A stretch of 63,042 nt of DNA, filler included, from Folioceros fuciformis (Eukaryota), in NCBI GenBank assembly GCA_049999805.1. It is 34 parts of 34 records of this genome, joined end to end, with 100 filler letters (N's around TTAATTAATTAA, not from the genome) between each part and the next. Parts side by side here need not be neighbours in the genome. Positions count along the whole stretch, not along the records: positions 23,221 to 24,310 come from JBNGIO010002577.1; positions 24,411 to 25,680 come from JBNGIO010002578.1; positions 25,781 to 27,323 come from JBNGIO010002579.1; positions 27,424 to 29,941 come from JBNGIO010002580.1; positions 30,042 to 31,236 come from JBNGIO010002581.1; positions 31,337 to 32,603 come from JBNGIO010002582.1; positions 32,704 to 34,027 come from JBNGIO010002583.1; positions 34,128 to 35,635 come from JBNGIO010002584.1; 26 more parts are not named here. One strand, given 5' to 3'. The translations under genes and the position numbers were made by a program. The notes under the pieces were generated by a model. The model ran no database searches and was not told the origin of the DNA. It saw nothing but the letters and a program-made list of their open reading frames with translations. Below, one piece after another: positions 24,216 to 35,754 of the stretch. Position 1 is the stretch's first letter. Each line of letters begins with the position of its first letter.

Positions 24216-24410
24216 CTTGTATAATAGCTTCTTTCCAAACCACATCTCCTCTGAAACTTGTTTATCCACAGCCCTATTAGGAGATCTGTTAATAAGATGC
24301 ACCGCAGTAANNNNNNNNNNNNNNNNNNNNNNNNNNNNNNNNNNNNNNNNNNNNTTAATTAATTAANNNNNNNNNNNNNNNNNNNNNNNNNNNNNNNNNN
24401 NNNNNNNNNN

Positions 24411-24720
24411 TTTCTAGCTCAGTGACCAGGTTAGCGTAACTGTACACATGGATTAGAAACGGGGAAATCATAGAAGGTTCAGGGGTGGGTTGGATCAGGT
24501 TCTGCCTCTCCTCATCCATCCGGGCGTATAAAATCCTCCCCCAGTCGATCCTGGTGCCCTTCACTACTTCATGCACAAACAGGAGCATCTGGTCGGACAG
24601 GTAATCATGTTTGCGTACCTGGAAGAAGCTTAGGAACCACCTGGCCAATCCCAACAGCTGGGGACTTGCCATGTCGCGCACCAGCCACCCGGATTTGGAG
24701 AGGGCGATATGGGCAGCAAT
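24411..24720 (-). mobile_element. Fragment of a probable retrotransposon accessory ORF
   Basis: Protein-like frame GWLVRDM...KGTRIDWGRILY...SPFLIHVY, abutting a gag fragment in the opposite orientation. Confidence 0.4.
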
Positions 24721-25680
24721 TGAATTACGAAGAGTCCAATGCTGAGGTGAAGAAGAAGTCGCGCAAGGAGGAGAAACAGAGTCATGAAGGAAAAAAAAAA
24801 GGAATTCGAGGGGGAAGAAAAAGTACTCCTCTACTTTAGAAGACGACTCGTCGGAGGGAGAAGGTTCCTCAAGTGCTCCATCAGACAATCCGATAACTGA
24901 GGACTCGTCGAGCTTGGAAGAGGATTCGTGGGATGAGAGAAGGCGGAGGAAGAATAAGAAAGTGGTGAAGGCAGGATCGAGCCGGAAACATCAGTCTAAG
25001 AGCAAGGAGTCAGGGAAGGACAAGCTAGAGTCTACAAGCGCCAAACGAGGAGCTGAGCAAGTAAGGAGGGAGGTGGAGCTGGCAACCAAAAAGGTCGACC
25101 AACAAGGAACCAGGATGGGGGAGATTCTGGCCAAACTGGAGAAGCTGTAGATCAACGCGGTGAAGGATCAGGAGAGGCGGAGAGTCGCGATGGGTGGAAG
25201 AGCCAACCTCTTTTGTTTGACTTGTGCACAACAGGGTCACTCAAGGGCGAGTTGTCCGCAGGTGAAGGTGCATATTGTGGAGTACGAGGAGGAGGGGGAG
25301 GAAGCCTGTATGGAGGACACCTATCAGATTCAGGATGCAACGCCTATGCTGGGATACTCGAAGACGTCCTATCCCCCACACCTGCGCCACAATGCACCTA
25401 TAGGAATGAGGGGCCAAGCTGCCAAGAATCCAGGGCAGTTGACGACAATTCAATGTTACAACTGTCGGGGTATAGGACACTTTGCGAATAGTTGTCCTTC
25501 GGCGACACGACAGGGGAACGGCGACTACGAGAGGCTATGCACTGATTGTAAACAGATGGGCCATGTGGCTAGGAGCGTCCTATGTTCAACACTGAAAAAA
25601 CATGTGCGGATTGCTTCCACCCCAGCAACTGTGATTCAGCCCGCTGGACCAAGTGCCCCACCGACTGCGCAGGTGAAAGA
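24721..25680 (+). mobile_element. Gypsy-type gag fragment with three zinc knuckles
   Basis: CLTCAQQGHSRASC, CYNCRGIGHFANSC, CTDCKQMGHVARSVLC. In-frame stop at 25148-25150. Confidence 0.8.
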
Positions 25681-25780
25681 NNNNNNNNNNNNNNNNNNNN
25701 NNNNNNNNNNNNNNNNNNNNNNNNTTAATTAATTAANNNNNNNNNNNNNNNNNNNNNNNNNNNNNNNNNNNNNNNNNNNN

Positions 25781-27323
25781 TGGCAGAAGTTGTGTGACCT
25801 GTATGAGAAGCAAAGTGCGGCTTCTCAGGTGTCCTGGTTGAAACACCCGGTGGACTTGAAGATGAAGGAAGGGACGAGGATGTCCGATCATCTAAACGAG
25901 TTCAATACCATTTTCAGCCAGCTCTCGTCTCAAGTTATCTCGTTCCCACATGCCGTGAGAGCTATGTTTCTGTTGGTCACATTACCAGAGAGCTGGGACA
26001 CCTTTCGTACAGCTCTAAGTAATTCCGCTCCTGCCAGTGGTCTTACCGTTGTAAATGTAGAAGGTAGGTTGTTAACAGAGGAGGTGAACAAGAAGAATAT
26101 GGAACCTTCGAAAGGTTCCAATGCCCTCATAGTGAGAGGAAGGTCCACTTCAAAGGAAAAGTACAAGGAGCGAAGTCGTTCCCATAGTAAGTCTCGTAAT
26201 CGTAACAATGTTGAGTGTTACCACTGTCACAAGAAGGGTCACATCAGGAAGGACTGTGAGAAGTTTAAGAAGGACAAAGGAAAGGAGAAGAAGCAAAGTG
26301 ACAAAAAGGCAAGCTCGAGTAGCAAGCCTGCCGTGGAGAGTCACTTATTCTCTAATTGGATAATTGACTCTAGAGCATCTTTCCATGTTACTCCACATAG
26401 GGAGTGGTTTAGCACGTATGATGCTACTAGGAAAGGATGTGTTCAGCTTGGAAATAACTACACATGCGAGATTGCAGGCGTTGGTGATGTGCAGCTGAAG
26501 TTTGACAATGGATCTTCATTCGTACTAAAGGATGTTAGGCATGTTCCGAAGTTGGCTAAAAGCATGATTAGTGCAGGGCCGTTGGATGACGCTGGCTACC
26601 ACTGTTGGTTTGGAGATCAAGCCCATCAAGTTGCTAGGAGTGAAACTTGTTAGCATGACTCAGGATGAGTGGCAGGATCTAGATGAGCTTGCTAGATCTA
26701 CCATCATGCTAACATTGTCGAAGTTGGTCTACTTCAACGTGAAAGAAAAGACCACGAGTTACGAACTATGGCAGCAGTTGTGTGACCTTTATGACAAGCA
26801 AAGTGCGGCTTCTCAGGTGTACTGGTTGAAACAGTTGGCGGACTTGAAGATGAAGGAAGGGACGAGGATGTCCAATCATCTGAATGAGTTCAATACCATT
26901 TTCAGCCAGCTCTCATCTCAAGGTATCTTGTTCTCAGATTCCATGAGAGCTATGTTTCTATTGGCCACATTACCAGAGAGCTGGGACACCTTTCGTATAG
27001 CTCTAAGTAATTCCGCTCCTGCTAGTGGTCTTACCGTTGTAAATGTAAAAGGTAGGCTGTTAACAGAGGAGGTGAACAGGAAGAATATGGAACCTTCGAA
27101 AGGTTCCAATGCCCTCATGGTGAGAGGAAGGTCCACTTCAAAGGAAAAGGGTTTAGCACGTATGATGCTACGAGGAAAGGATGTGTTCGGCTTGGAAATA
27201 ACTACACATGCGAGATTGCAGGCGTTGGTGATATGCAGCTGAAGTTGGACAATGGATCTTCATTCGTACTGAAGGATGTTAGGCATGTTCCGAAGTTGAC
27301 CAAAAGCATGATTAGCGCAGGGC
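25781..27323 (+). mobile_element. Copia family A gag/protease, tandemly duplicated with internal deletions
   Basis: UBN2-type gag LKMKEG..DHLNEFN..LPESW, knuckle CYHCHKKGHIRKDC, protease WIIDSRASFH. Near-identical to 51277-52340. Confidence 0.92.
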
Positions 27324-28077
27324 NNNNNNNNNNNNNNNNNNNNNNNNNNNNNNNNNNNNNNNNNNNNTTAATTAATTAANNNNNNNNNNNNNNNNNNNNN
27401 NNNNNNNNNNNNNNNNNNNNNNNTTTTCAAGTGCCAGTGCGCCAATAGACCAGAGCACTCCTGCAATTGAGTCATATTGAAAATGGAGGTCCCAAATATG
27501 CCATGACTAATAGATATAGAAGTTGATGTAATTAAGTTATATTGGAGGTTTCGAATATGCCATGGCTAATAGATATAGAAGTTGAACCAAAAACTCCTAT
27601 TCCACGAACATAGTGCCAACTACTACACCATTCCCCATTCCTATATTGTCCATGGTTATTGATAGCGTATACTAGTGCTTAAAAAATGCATGGGCCTAGG
27701 CTTATCTTGAAGAAAATGTTCGAAATCAAGAACCATGGAAAATCAACAAAATACCTTTGATGTAGATTTGCAATTTTATCAAGAACAAGGTCTAACCCAG
27801 ATGGGCAGATTCCACAAAGCATGTTTTGTGCTTTTTAAATTTGTCTTGATCCGTGCTCTATATCTGCTTTTGATCTCTTTTCCCAAACAAGAAGGCCACC
27901 GACATGTTTGCATATATTTTTTATTTAACAAATGTCAATAACACAAAAAAATATGCAATAAACATTATGAGTCTTCTATGCAAAACGTGATATTTTGCAA
28001 TTGAAGGATGTGGTGCGCCGGTAAATTGGCGTATGGCCTATTCAAAATACATCATATTCAAGTTAAGGATGATAATC

Positions 28078-29283
28078 TCACACAAAAACTGGGTCATCCT
28101 GGTTGACCTTGGAATCTACAACTACATTTAAATCTCTCAGCCGTTGTGCATTTGTATCGCCAAAGTTATCGCCACCAACACGTAGCACCAAAAAGTGGGG
28201 GTCATCTATAGTTTGGGGCGGCAAAGTACTAATCTCATCCCAAACAGTGATGGCGTAAAGGTCCTTTGCTGGCCTATCATCACTCTAGGATATCACCTCT
28301 CCTTTCTTCGCCAACAGACTGAACACCGGCAGTTTGCGATCAACGCTGCCTTCCCCGTACACTTCTTTTGCCCAAAACTTTGATGGGCCACGTGTAAACA
28401 ACTTTGTCGTAATCTCTTCATCAAGGTCAAGCAAAGACCCTAGCCTGATAATCCGCTGCATGATATATGTAGTGCACCTCACATGCACATCGATAGCTAC
28501 CTCATGCCTTCTATGTTGAAATACACTTTGGAGAAGATATCCCGAGCCTGCGCATGCATCAACCACCCAATCCCCTTCAGAAGAAAACATATTTATGAGC
28601 ATACACATCAAACCTAATGGTTTCTGCTAAGGAGAGACAACATGCGCATCTGCAGAATGGAAAAGGTGCTTCTTCACCACCGCTCCATGCCTTATAACCC
28701 GTGGTAAGAGAAATCCTTGATTCACAAAAAGTGGAGCCTTCAATTCCTGAGCCTCTGTTTGCACTGCACTTCCAATAGTCACATATTCAACTGTTTCCAT
28801 TGCTCCTGCGTTTGGGGGTATGTTAGTCTTCTCCCATACCAATGTCTGTATACTCCCCTTCTTGCACCATGGTCGTAGTGCCTCCCTTGTTTCCGATATC
28901 AAATCAACTCTTTGCATTAGAATAACTCTAAAAATATTACTCGATGTGCATTCGCTGAACCCTCGAATCATTTCATCCAACTCTGCTACATTCATTTGAT
29001 TGTCATACTCATGCTACTGTAATCCTCGAGGTAAGTTTGCAAATAGCAGCGTATAGGGGCGTTTGACAAGAAAGGCCTTCATTTCCAGAACATTCCTTTG
29101 AAAAACTTGATATTTCACCTTTGCATTACTCGCTGGAACTCAGAAGTTCAATAAGCCTGCATCCATATCAGCGGCTGTCACCTTTTGCTTCTCTTCTTCT
29201 ATTCTTTTCCAGTTTTTTGCCGAATATACAAAATCCTGGAATGGCTTTGGCAATGACTCCAAGTCCGTTATATCTCCAGGTTT
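28078..29283 (-). pseudogene. Beta-class N4-cytosine/N6-adenine DNA methyltransferase-like gene with in-frame stops
   Basis: A single frame contains YQVFQRNVLEM..YTLLFANLPRG (motif III/IV-like), LVWEK, E-Y, SP*QKPLGLMCMLI (motif X), EGDWVVDACAGSG (motif I) and RRHEVAIDV (motif II). Stops at 29140, 29014, 28627 and 28285. Confidence 0.8.
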
Positions 29284-29745
29284 CTGCAACTAGAATAGTA
29301 CTCGTTAGTGTGGCTACCGATAGGGCTACAGTAACCCTCAGTGGAGCGAACCGGTAAACCGTCGTTTTGGGGCTCGAGCTAGCAGAAGGGCGCCAGTCTA
29401 CCGATGCACTCGGGGCCGAGCTGGCAGCAGTGCGCCGGTCTAACGGCGCATTGAGGTCCAACCCTGCTACCTGAGCTGGTAGGTGTGCACCGGCATATAC
29501 CTGCCCGAGCCCTCAGAAGTGCGCTGGTCTCCCGGCGCACTACAGTTCAACAAACTAGAAGTGACAAATGTACTAGCGAAAAGGAAAACAACAAAAAACA
29601 AACTTGTCTTACCACTTTTGCGAAGGCTGTCTAGAACTTCAAAAGGTGGCCATCTTCAGTATGTTTCGGGTACATTTCTTCTGGTTCTTCGAAAGTGGCA
29701 CACTTCATTACGATTCGGAAAGCATGTTGAATCAAGTGAATCTTC

Positions 29746-29941
29746 TGAAAGGAACGCACTAGGAGCTACATGGAGAAGGAGAGGAGAGGAAGAGGCAAGG
29801 AGGAGAGGAGAAAGAGAGGTCAAACTCTCACAATAGAGTCACACATACAAGGGAGCTCAAGGGGGTATTTATACCCTCTAGAAGAGCTCCCTAGGAAGCT
29901 TCACAAGAAGCCCACAGGAAGCTGCACAAGAAGCTTCCTAG
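29746..29941 (-). mobile_element. Copia family A LTR, 3' portion
   Basis: Reverse complement of about 56815-57006, ending in ...TTCA. Confidence 0.9.
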
Positions 29942-30476
29942 NNNNNNNNNNNNNNNNNNNNNNNNNNNNNNNNNNNNNNNNNNNNTTAATTAATTAANNN
30001 NNNNNNNNNNNNNNNNNNNNNNNNNNNNNNNNNNNNNNNNNTTCACGTCCCTTGCACGTTTCTCCCTATGGCTCTCACCACAGCAAAGCCCTTTCTCTCT
30101 CTTTGAGATCGCTTGGTCACAAGTAGGTCCATGGCGTAGGGGTCTTGTCGCACAACTACTTCCTTATTCCCCGCTATGTAGGTAGATGTAGTTCCCTACG
30201 TGGAGGTGAGCACCCTTCATTGATGGGACACCTTAGGTAGGGACCCCTTTAAATACCCTCGTGTCGTAGGTATACTTCTATATATAGTAACTACCCTTAA
30301 TAGATACCCTACATAGATGTCCCCTTTTTTGTAGGTAGCTTGCCCTTCACAACTATATTTCTTATTTGGGTACTACCTCCCACAGAGATATCCTCCCTAC
30401 GTAGGCATACCTCCCTATAAGTAGCCATCCCAAAGAAGGTAACTTCTTTATAATACTACCCCTTATTATCGCCACT

Positions 30477-31236
30477 TGTGGAGGCAAAACCCCGGGCACT
30501 GATTGCCAACGGGTTCCACCTTTAGTGGCCACACTTATCCCGCTGTCGTTGAGACACTGGGTTTCGTTCCCACGAAGGAGCGATGGGGTTCCTTCCTGCT
30601 GTGGATGGAGGGTCGGACTTGATCGACTCGATGATGGATTCGAGGGCTCCCCTCCAGCTCCGATCAGGCGTAGGACAGGCCTCGCTGTCCGGCAGTCAGT
30701 TGCACCTCTCTCGGTGCCCACAAACTCACTCCAGTCACTACAACGACCCTAACCTCTTAGATCTGCGACTTCCCTCACTCACTTCACTCACTCTCTCACT
30801 CCAGCACCAACACCAGCAACTAACAATGACACCACTACCTTCTACACTTCCCTACTGACTCCTCCTACCCGGCAAGAGTCACTAGACTAACCCCAAAGAA
30901 AAGAAAGAAGGGAACACACTCCCCTCTTGAATATCTTCCCCCCCACAACCTTACCAGACGCCATGAGACATGGCCGGCCTACAGCACTTGTCCAAGCAAT
31001 GAACAAGAGTGGACAGGTCAAGAGAAAGACACATCCTTTACAATCAAGAGCTAGGGGCAAGCCCCTTCACCTTGGTCATTACACCTTGTGATCCTACCAG
31101 ACCTTATACAGCCGGCAACACGTTGCATGTGATCCTACCAGACACTGTACAGCCGGCAACACGCGGCTTACGATCCTACCAGACGTTGCACAGCCGGCAA
31201 CACACTGCAGGTCCTAAACCAAGCAGGGACAGACCA
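30477..31236 (+). mobile_element. LTR-like element (family B, TGTGGAGGCAAAACCCC...) with about 3 internal repeats of about 40 bp
   Basis: The same 5' end occurs at 46393 after a polypurine tract. GATCCTACCAGAC...CAGCCGGCAACAC repeats at 31087-31205. The 3' boundary is uncertain. Confidence 0.7.
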
Positions 31237-31336
31237 NNNNNNNNNNNNNNNNNNNNNNNNNNNNNNNNNNNNNNNNNNNNTTAATTAATTAANNNNNNNN
31301 NNNNNNNNNNNNNNNNNNNNNNNNNNNNNNNNNNNN

Positions 31337-32228
31337 AGTGGGGTAGTCCTGTCACCCACCAGCTGTAGTGGTAGAGTCCCAGGTGCGTCCTCAACTGTAG
31401 GCCGTAGCCCCGCATCCTTCCCCGTCCTCCCTTGGGCTACCTTGGGTTGCCTGCTCCCCCTCCTGCTGGGGTAACTGAAGGTTCTCTGCCTGCCCAGCTG
31501 TTGCCTCCTCCGGCTCTGTCCTCCTGGTACGGGTCACCCTCCTAGAGCGCCTAGGAGCAGGCGCCCCTACTGCTTCCTCCTTCGATTCCAGGGTTGGTTC
31601 TTCAGCTATCCTGGGCCTTGTTGGGCCATCGGTAGCCCCGTCATCCTGGCGCTTTCTCCTCCTTCAGCCGCTTCACGCTTCAAGTTACTCCCTCTCCCCG
31701 CGCTTTCGGATGCTGGACAGAGCTCCCCTTTCTCTAGGGTTTTTATGCCCTGCCTGCTTTCTCTCCTTACCGCCCGTCGGGCTACCACCAATCGTCCCTC
31801 CGCCGACGATTGCCCTGCTGGCTGCCGTCGCCCCGTCACCTCGGGCCCTTACTTTTGCCTAAGTCCACAACTGGCCTGTTCCCTAATCATTTCTATTTCC
31901 TTATTTCTCAAAAAAAAGAGGGGGGGGGTAGCATATATAGAGACCTAAGGGGTCCCGGACCACCAAAGGCCAAGGACATACCCCACTCACCTACCTACAG
32001 ACCTGGTCCTTAATGTTCTCAATGACCCGAGGGCCAAGGAGGCCCTCGCTCATTCCCCCTCCTTGTCCCGGTCTCCAGTACACCCCGAAGCCCAAGGGGG
32101 ACTTTGGGTATAAACACCTTGGTCTTATTCACCTACTAAGCCGATTTTCCTGTCCCTTCACCAAAAAAATCACAACCTGCTCATTCCGTCGCTCAAAATG
32201 GGGGTTCCGAAAGTTTTTTTCGTCCACA
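31337..32228 (-). mobile_element. LTR-like repeat (family E) inserted in Copia protease
   Basis: 31946-32228 is the reverse complement of 35349-35635. 31337-31858 matches 39283-39690. Confidence 0.75.
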
Positions 32229-32229
32229 C

Positions 32230-32603
32230 TAACATTCTTCAATGTGAATGAAGATCCGTTGTGGAACTTCAGCTGCACATCACCAACGCCTGCAATCTCG
32301 CACGTGTACTTATTTCCAAGCCGAACACATCCTTTCCTAGTAGCATCATAAGTGCTAAACCACTCCCTATGCGGAGTAACATCAAAAGATGCTCCAGAGT
32401 CAATTATCCAATTAGAGAATAAATGACTATTCACGGCTGTCAGTTGTGCAGAATTGAAGAAAGAAGAGATAAGAACATCTCCATCGTCAATAGAATTCAC
32501 CTCGTTAGGCTTGGTACTTGAGCTCGCCTTGTTGTCGCTTTGCTTCTTTTCCTTTTCTTTGTCCTTCTTGAACTTCTCGTAGTCCCTTCTGATATGACCC
32601 TTC
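32230..32603 (-). mobile_element. Copia family A gag-end/protease fragment
   Basis: WIIDSGASF; matches 51885-52255. Confidence 0.9.
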
Positions 32604-33630
32604 NNNNNNNNNNNNNNNNNNNNNNNNNNNNNNNNNNNNNNNNNNNNTTAATTAATTAANNNNNNNNNNNNNNNNNNNNNNNNNNNNNNNNNNNNNNNNN
32701 NNNGGAGTAAGACGTAGGGGGGCTTGCAAAGTGTGTGTTAATTGTGTGTAACATCGGCTTTCCATTACAACACTGTGAACAGGTGGCAGTCTCTTTTACC
32801 CTTAGATGGGTCGTCGATCTTTAACACCTCGAAGAGACAGACTTGTTCTGGAAACTGTCTGATTCTAGGGTACATTGTCTGTCTCTGAAATTTGAAGCCC
32901 TATATTAAGGCTTGTGTTTGTGAGTCTGGGCCTGAACTATCACATGCTCATTAGCTACATATACTCGAAAAGTGGCACACGCTTTGGGTGGCTGACAGTG
33001 GTGAGTAGAGAAGTTTGCTGTTTTGTGACTTGCGATATAGTTGAGTTCATGAAAGAGAATTTGTAGGGGTGGGCTACCCAGCTGTGTGGCAAGCTAATGT
33101 AGTGGCAGAATGTTCCCTGAAAGTTCTTGAACTCGACGGTGTAGTGGAAGGTGATCGAACTTGCTTGAAGACTTCTGATCTGAAGCTGGTAGGCCGGCTC
33201 ACAGATGAGGATGGAAGATGAAGGCTCGCAAATTTTCCATTTTCGACTCTGACAGCGTTGCAGAAGAAATATGAAAAATATGAAAGAAAGAGATGAAAAA
33301 AGAAGCAGGAAAAAATAATTAGAATAAGAATAATATGAGAAAAAGAGATGAAAAAAGAAGCAGGAAAAAATATTAGAATGTGATAATAAAATATGGTTCT
33401 TTTATGGAGGGAAAAACAATTTAAATGTTTCTACGTGGCGCACTTATCTCGAGGAAGAAAAATCAATTCTCAATTTTGAAATAACATGGTTATTAAAGTT
33501 CAAGATCAATCCTTGGAAGTAAGCTATCTACTCTACCCTTGCAAGTTCAGCTTATATAACTAAAGAATGCAATCGAGGAAGGCTACCCAACTACATAACC
33601 CCAGAAGCAAGCAGCATAAACATCAAAAGC

Positions 33631-33760
33631 TGCTCAGCTCATTCAGTGTGGGCACTTCCAGATAAATTGGGGAGAGTATGTTAACTACTCTTTTGCTCAG
33701 CTCAGTCAGTGTGGGTGCTTCTAGATAAATTGGGGAGAGTATGTTAACCACTCTTTTGCA
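33631..33760. repeat. Tandem duplication of about 64 bp in an LTR/UTR-like contig
   Basis: TGCTCAGCTCA.TCAGTGTGGG..CTTC.AGATAAATTGGGGAGAGTATGTTAAC.ACTCTTTTGC x2. Confidence 0.85.
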
Positions 33761-34127
33761 AGATCTAATGCAGCGGAATGAAGTTCAAGAATAAGCTAAA
33801 GCGGAAGAATCAAGCGAAGATCAAATTTTAATTGCTTTAATTAGATTAAGCTTAACTCACATTGGGTTAACTTTTAACTTGTAGTTTAGCTAGGGTTGGC
33901 TACTATATAAGGTAGCGTTTTGATAGTTTTAATTTATTATGAGATTGTGAGCTCAAAGAGAGCTTCGCAGAAAGCACAAGAGAGAGAGAGATTGGTGACC
34001 CGTGGAGGGTTTGAGATTGTGATATTGNNNNNNNNNNNNNNNNNNNNNNNNNNNNNNNNNNNNNNNNNNNNTTAATTAATTAANNNNNNNNNNNNNNNNN
34101 NNNNNNNNNNNNNNNNNNNNNNNNNNN

Positions 34128-34561
34128 ACTTAGGTGTGGGCAAAGACATCTGGTGGGATTCATTTTGGGCCGAGTAAGAGGCCATCGTTCAAATTAATAA
34201 TTCGGGTGTAGAGCAAGACCATGATTGGCCATGGCGATGGTATAATCGCGACGAGGCAGAGTTGGTAAACACCCCGTTACTCGTGCCAAATGCTTCGGTG
34301 TTGGAAAACCCACGGATTCAAGAAGTTCCTAGAAGAGATATATATGTGGGGCCGTATAGATTAGACGCACACGTTGGGAACGATGTTAACAGCTTCAGTG
34401 GAGATGTATCACGCGAACACTTTTATTTTAGTGTTGGATTTGAGTTGACTCGTCAAAACCAACTGCACGCTCGCACTCGAAACCTTATCAGACAGAACTT
34501 GTACGTGCTTAGGCAAGATCAAGAAAACCATGTACATAAACTTGATGATGACCTCGCATGA
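34128..34561 (+). pseudogene. 3' end of an unidentified ORF with one in-frame stop, possibly transposon-derived
   Basis: The frame runs from the contig start (LGVGKDIWWDSFWAE*EA...) to FELTRQNQLHARTRNLI...DDDLA*. No family recognised. Confidence 0.3.
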
Positions 34562-35348
34562 CTACTTGATGAAACGTAGACTATACCGGTTAAGTACTTT
34601 CATGTATTCCACACTTTATATATATGAACACTGTTGGCAAAGAGCTGTGGTTGGCTATTCATAAGCACCCTTGTGGGGGTGCGCATAGAGAAAGGCTACC
34701 TCGCCCTAACTGTGCACTAGCCTAACCCTAACTCATTTTGAATAGTTCTGATGCACTTTCCCCAGACCTGATCTGGGTGTTCACTCGCTACTCATCGCTT
34801 CACCGGAAGGAATGCGCCAGTAGACCGGCACACTCCTACCGTCCAGGATTAAATGAATGTTATTGAAAAAGCTTTAACATTTTACAGTTTCAAGTAATTC
34901 CAATTTCAAAAAATATCATTCTGTCTACATGCAAGCGGTAGTGTCAGACCAACCGTGGAACTGGATAAAATCAAAAAGTTTTACTATTGGTAACCTGCAA
35001 TTTCCGCTAGTTTCTGGGTAAACATGACGATTAAAAAGATTTTCGTGACCGTTTATCCATAGATTTGGGGGTAATCCACACCAAATAGCATGATTTCTGG
35101 ATATGTGCCACGGAAAATGACGCCGAAAATGACCCGAAGCCCGATTTGGCGGAATACGACCGTTAGGCGCAGACCGTGTTTTCTCTACAAAGGGATGGTC
35201 TTTGGTAGATATTGTAGCTATTCTGTATATTGGTGACATTTGTACATAGGGGGCTCACCACTAGGTATTGTAGCTAATCCAAATGTTGACGTCTCTACAT
35301 AGAGCCACCAAGACTCCACGTTGTAGCCACTCTGTGTTGTAGCTATGT

Positions 35349-35635
35349 GTGAACGAAAAAACCTTTCGTAACCCCCATTTTGAGCGACGGAATGAGCAGG
35401 TTGTGATTTTTTTTGTGAAGGGACAGGCGAATCGGCTTAGCAGGTGAATAAGACCAGGGTGTTTATACCCAAAGTCCCCCTTGGGCTTCGGGGTTTGGGG
35501 TGTACTGGAGACCGGGACAAGGAGGGGGAATGAGCAAGTGCCTCCTTGGCCCTCGGGTCATCGAGAACATTAAGGACCAGGTCTGTATGTAGGTGAGTGG
35601 GGTATGTCCTTGGCCTTTGGTGGTCCGGGACCCCT
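35349..35635 (+). mobile_element. LTR family E 5' terminus
   Basis: TGTGAACGAAAAAACC... is the reverse complement of 31946-32228. Confidence 0.78.
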
Positions 35636-35754
35636 NNNNNNNNNNNNNNNNNNNNNNNNNNNNNNNNNNNNNNNNNNNNTTAATTAATTAANNNNNNNNN
35701 NNNNNNNNNNNNNNNNNNNNNNNNNNNNNNNNNNNAGTGTAGATTATCCCATAT

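Noticed and set aside
31087-31205. Spaced repeats of about 40 bp as CRISPR
   Set aside because: Only about 3 degenerate tandem units inside an LTR-like element.
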